Positions 62,106 to 64,000 of a stretch of DNA of 64,000 bases are shown here, in pieces (the stretch's first letter is position 1; each line of letters opens with the position of its first letter). Source of the stretch: Candidatus Omnitrophota bacterium. GTDB lineage: Bacteria > Omnitrophota > Gorgyraeia > Zapsychrales > JANLHA01. Under the pieces are notes generated by a model. It ran no database searches. It was not told the DNA's origin and was given only the letters and a program-made list of their open reading frames with translations. A program made the position numbers and the translations under genes. Where the stretch lies: positions 280,260-344,259 of the forward strand of contig JAKQKX010000045.1 in assembly GCA_029560465.1 (NCBI GenBank), in the 5' to 3' direction.

Positions 62106-64000
62106 TCAGGATGAAAAGCAGACCACTTTCTGCGACACCACGTCTGACATGATCTTTAATGACCTCTGACTTACGTCATAAACGCCTAAAAGGTCCTCAT
62201 ACTTGCGTGATTCCGGTATGAGCGCGGCAAACAAATTCTTTGAATCCGTAAGCCATCCCCGGTTAAACACCACGTCTTCGTTATCCGGGAAAAGCGCGGC
62301 ATAAAAAATATTGGTTTCCACCAAGTCCTGGAAGAAGTGCGTCCCGAAAGATAATTCCGGCATCAGTTTCCCTTCTGAAAAAGCGATCTCGGCCAGGACA
62401 GAAATATTATTGATCTCGGCAAACCTGACCGGCACGCCTAATGACGGCGTGGTGGTCCCCCACCGCCCCGGCCCCATCAATAGGGTGGGCTGCTCTTCTT
62501 TATTTTTGATCATCCTGTTAAGCGCGCCGACCAGGCGGGCAACCTCATATTTATCCGACAAAATGAGCTGGCTGTATTTCTCAGGGTCCACATAGATGAC
62601 CCGGGCAATCTTCTGGGAAATATTGCCGCCCAGGAAATAGCCCTCAGAATCGAAAAGGATGTTCCGCTTATTGATGCGCGCGGGGATCTCAACCTTGTGC
62701 CCCAGCCCTCTGGTTTGTAACGGCCGGCATTGAAGTAAATTTATTTTGAAAACATTGTCCTTGGCAAAATTCACAGCAAATTCGATCTCCACCGGATAGC
62801 GGTAAGTCACCTCCAGCACCTTCAATATTTTCTTAAAATAATCTGAAAACGCGTAATCCGTAAAAAGTTTATCCATGGTCAAGATCCAACACTCTTTACG
62901 GTCCGTCCCGCCCGAGCGCATCGCATCCATGGCATCAAAATCTTTTACCGCGAAGCGCGACACATTGAAGGCGGCGTTATCTTGGATCAGTCTTTCAAAA
63001 GGCACGGTATCTAAAACATTGGCTTTGGTGTTAATCAGATCAACTTCGTGTTGTGAATATTTCCTTAAGTCATCCTTCTCGGCATAGGGCCTGCGCAAAG
63101 GGTCATCCAAAGCGACCATCCGGGGATAATCACCTTCCACCCGGTTCACCGAACGCGTGCCCAACCCTAAAACCAGCCGCAGCATCCCTGCCTCCGGGTC
63201 AATATTTTTATTCCACACATAGGTGTTGTAAGAGACCCCCACCCCGGCCACATCCGGGAAGAAATAATCCTTGTGATGCGCCCCTGACACCCGCTGCACG
63301 AGAAGCGCCATCTGCTCATCCAGTTTATCCAGCCCCCGCTGTTTCCTGTAAACCAAAGCGTCTTCGTTCATGGTGCTGGCGTAAATTTTTCTTACGGCGT
63401 CGGCGAATTGGATATATCTTTGTTCCGGGGTGCCCTGGTTCGCCAAAAAAATGCTTTCGTATTTTCCGGCAAACGCGTTCCCAAAATCGTCCTCCAACAG
63501 CGAGCTGGAACGGACGATGATCGGAGAGGCACCAAAATATTCCACAATTTGCTGAAACCGCTCCATAATCTCCTCGGGGAATACCCCGAAGAGCATTTTC
63601 TCTTTAAGGACTTTCGCGACGCTGAAATATCCTTCTTCGCTCTTCTGCTGCACATGGAGCTTCCACCAGCGGTTATGAACCATATAGGAATAAAAGATAT
63701 CCGAGCCGATATAAAACGAATCATGCGGTTCGGATATCTTCTGCCAGTCCAGGGCCTTATCCTTGGAAAGGATTTTCCTGGCCAAAAGCATGCCCACGGA
63801 CTTGCCGCCGATAAAACCGGTCCCGATCAACCTGGATTTGATCTCGATCAGCTCAGCGAGCGAGAAATGCTTGACCGCCAGGGAGAAAATTTTCTTGTTC
63901 TTGGCGATCATGATCCCGCAAAGCTTCTTCACCGTACTTTTAATCTTTTCTTCTGAAGCCTTATCCTGCAACAGCTCCTCGGCTTCGATGAACAGCCGGT
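62106..64000 (-). CDS. PEP/pyruvate-binding (PPDK_N, PEP-synthase-like ATP-grasp) domain protein, 5' end beyond window
   Basis: LIGTGFIGGKSVGMLLARKIL nucleotide-binding motif of pyruvate-phosphate-dikinase N-terminal domains. The ORF stays open to the window edge. Confidence 0.7.
   Translation of the reverse strand, partial: RLFIEAEELLQDKASEEKIKSTVKKLCGIMIAKNKKIFSLAVKHFSLAELIEIKSRLIGTGFIGGKSVGMLLARKILSKDKALDWQKISEPHDSFYIGSDIFYSYMVHNRWWKLHVQQKSEEGYFSVAKVLKEKMLFGVFPEEIMERFQQIVEYFGASPIIVRSSSLLEDDFGNAFAGKYESIFLANQGTPEQRYIQFADAVRKIYASTMNEDALVYRKQRGLDKLDEQMALLVQRVSGAHHKDYFFPDVAGVGVSYNTYVWNKNIDPEAGMLRLVLGLGTRSVNRVEGDYPRMVALDDPLRRPYAEKDDLRKYSQHEVDLINTKANVLDTVPFERLIQDNAAFNVSRFAVKDFDAMDAMRSGGTDRKECWILTMDKLFTDYAFSDYFKKILKVLEVTYRYPVEIEFAVNFAKDNVFKINLLQCRPLQTRGLGHKVEIPARINKRNILFDSEGYFLGGNISQKIARVIYVDPEKYSQLILSDKYEVARLVGALNRMIKNKEEQPTLLMGPGRWGTTTPSLGVPVRFAEINNISVLAEIAFSEGKLMPELSFGTHFFQDLVETNIFYAALFPDNEDVVFNRGWLTDSKNLFAALIPESRKYEDLLGVYDVSQRSLKIMSDVVSQKVVCFSS

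Overview
This is a 64 kb chromosomal segment of roughly 55% GC. It is densely packed and almost every gene is on the minus strand. I found no rRNA, tRNA, CRISPR array, transposase or integrase. The gene content (NfnAB-like ferredoxin enzymes, Mla, MacAB-TolC, an ECF sigma factor) suggests a diderm anaerobe, possibly from an uncultivated lineage; that is inference.

Main blocks, left to right:
- A GT-C-like membrane protein, then a long minus-strand array: greA, ybaB, yggT, mlaD-mlaF-(lipoprotein)-mlaE, a NYN/YacP nuclease, lipA, def, panD and trxA.
- One apparent transcription unit running PBP, sensor histidine kinase (with a PhnD-like periplasmic domain), CheY-like response regulator, tandem-REC response regulator, 258-aa membrane protein, B12-binding radical SAM enzyme and an 82-aa TM protein with a CC/Pro-rich tail.
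- A complete trehalose/alpha-glucan supercluster, treY-treZ-glgB-treS::pep2-glgE, with mntP translationally coupled to treY. A degraded CDF cation-efflux pseudogene lies beside it.
- A cold-shock-like neighbourhood: speH, an FKBP PPIase, cspA with a terminator-like hairpin inside its 5' UTR, an SGNH hydrolase and a DEAD-box helicase.
- A YkgJ-family CxxCxxCC protein translationally coupled to an unannotated 40-aa Gln-rich peptide ending in GPGCCGS.
- An ECF sigma / zf-HC2 anti-sigma / CpxP-Spy-like operon next to macB-macA-tolC. A near-identical sigma-E-type promoter motif (GTAACTTTTC-N13-GTCTAACTG) sits in front of both operons.
- carB, a nitroreductase, a PstS-like binding protein, a LysM amidase, an AsmA-family protein, trkH, rnk, an nfnA-nfnB-gdhA operon, a MATE exporter and a partial PEP-utilising (PPDK_N-like) gene.

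The most novel candidates are the YkgJ-coupled CC-terminal peptide, the two-component-system-linked B12-radical-SAM module, and the duplicated ECF promoter that ties an envelope-stress sigma factor to MacAB-TolC. All functions are inferred from sequence motifs and gene context; no database search was possible.
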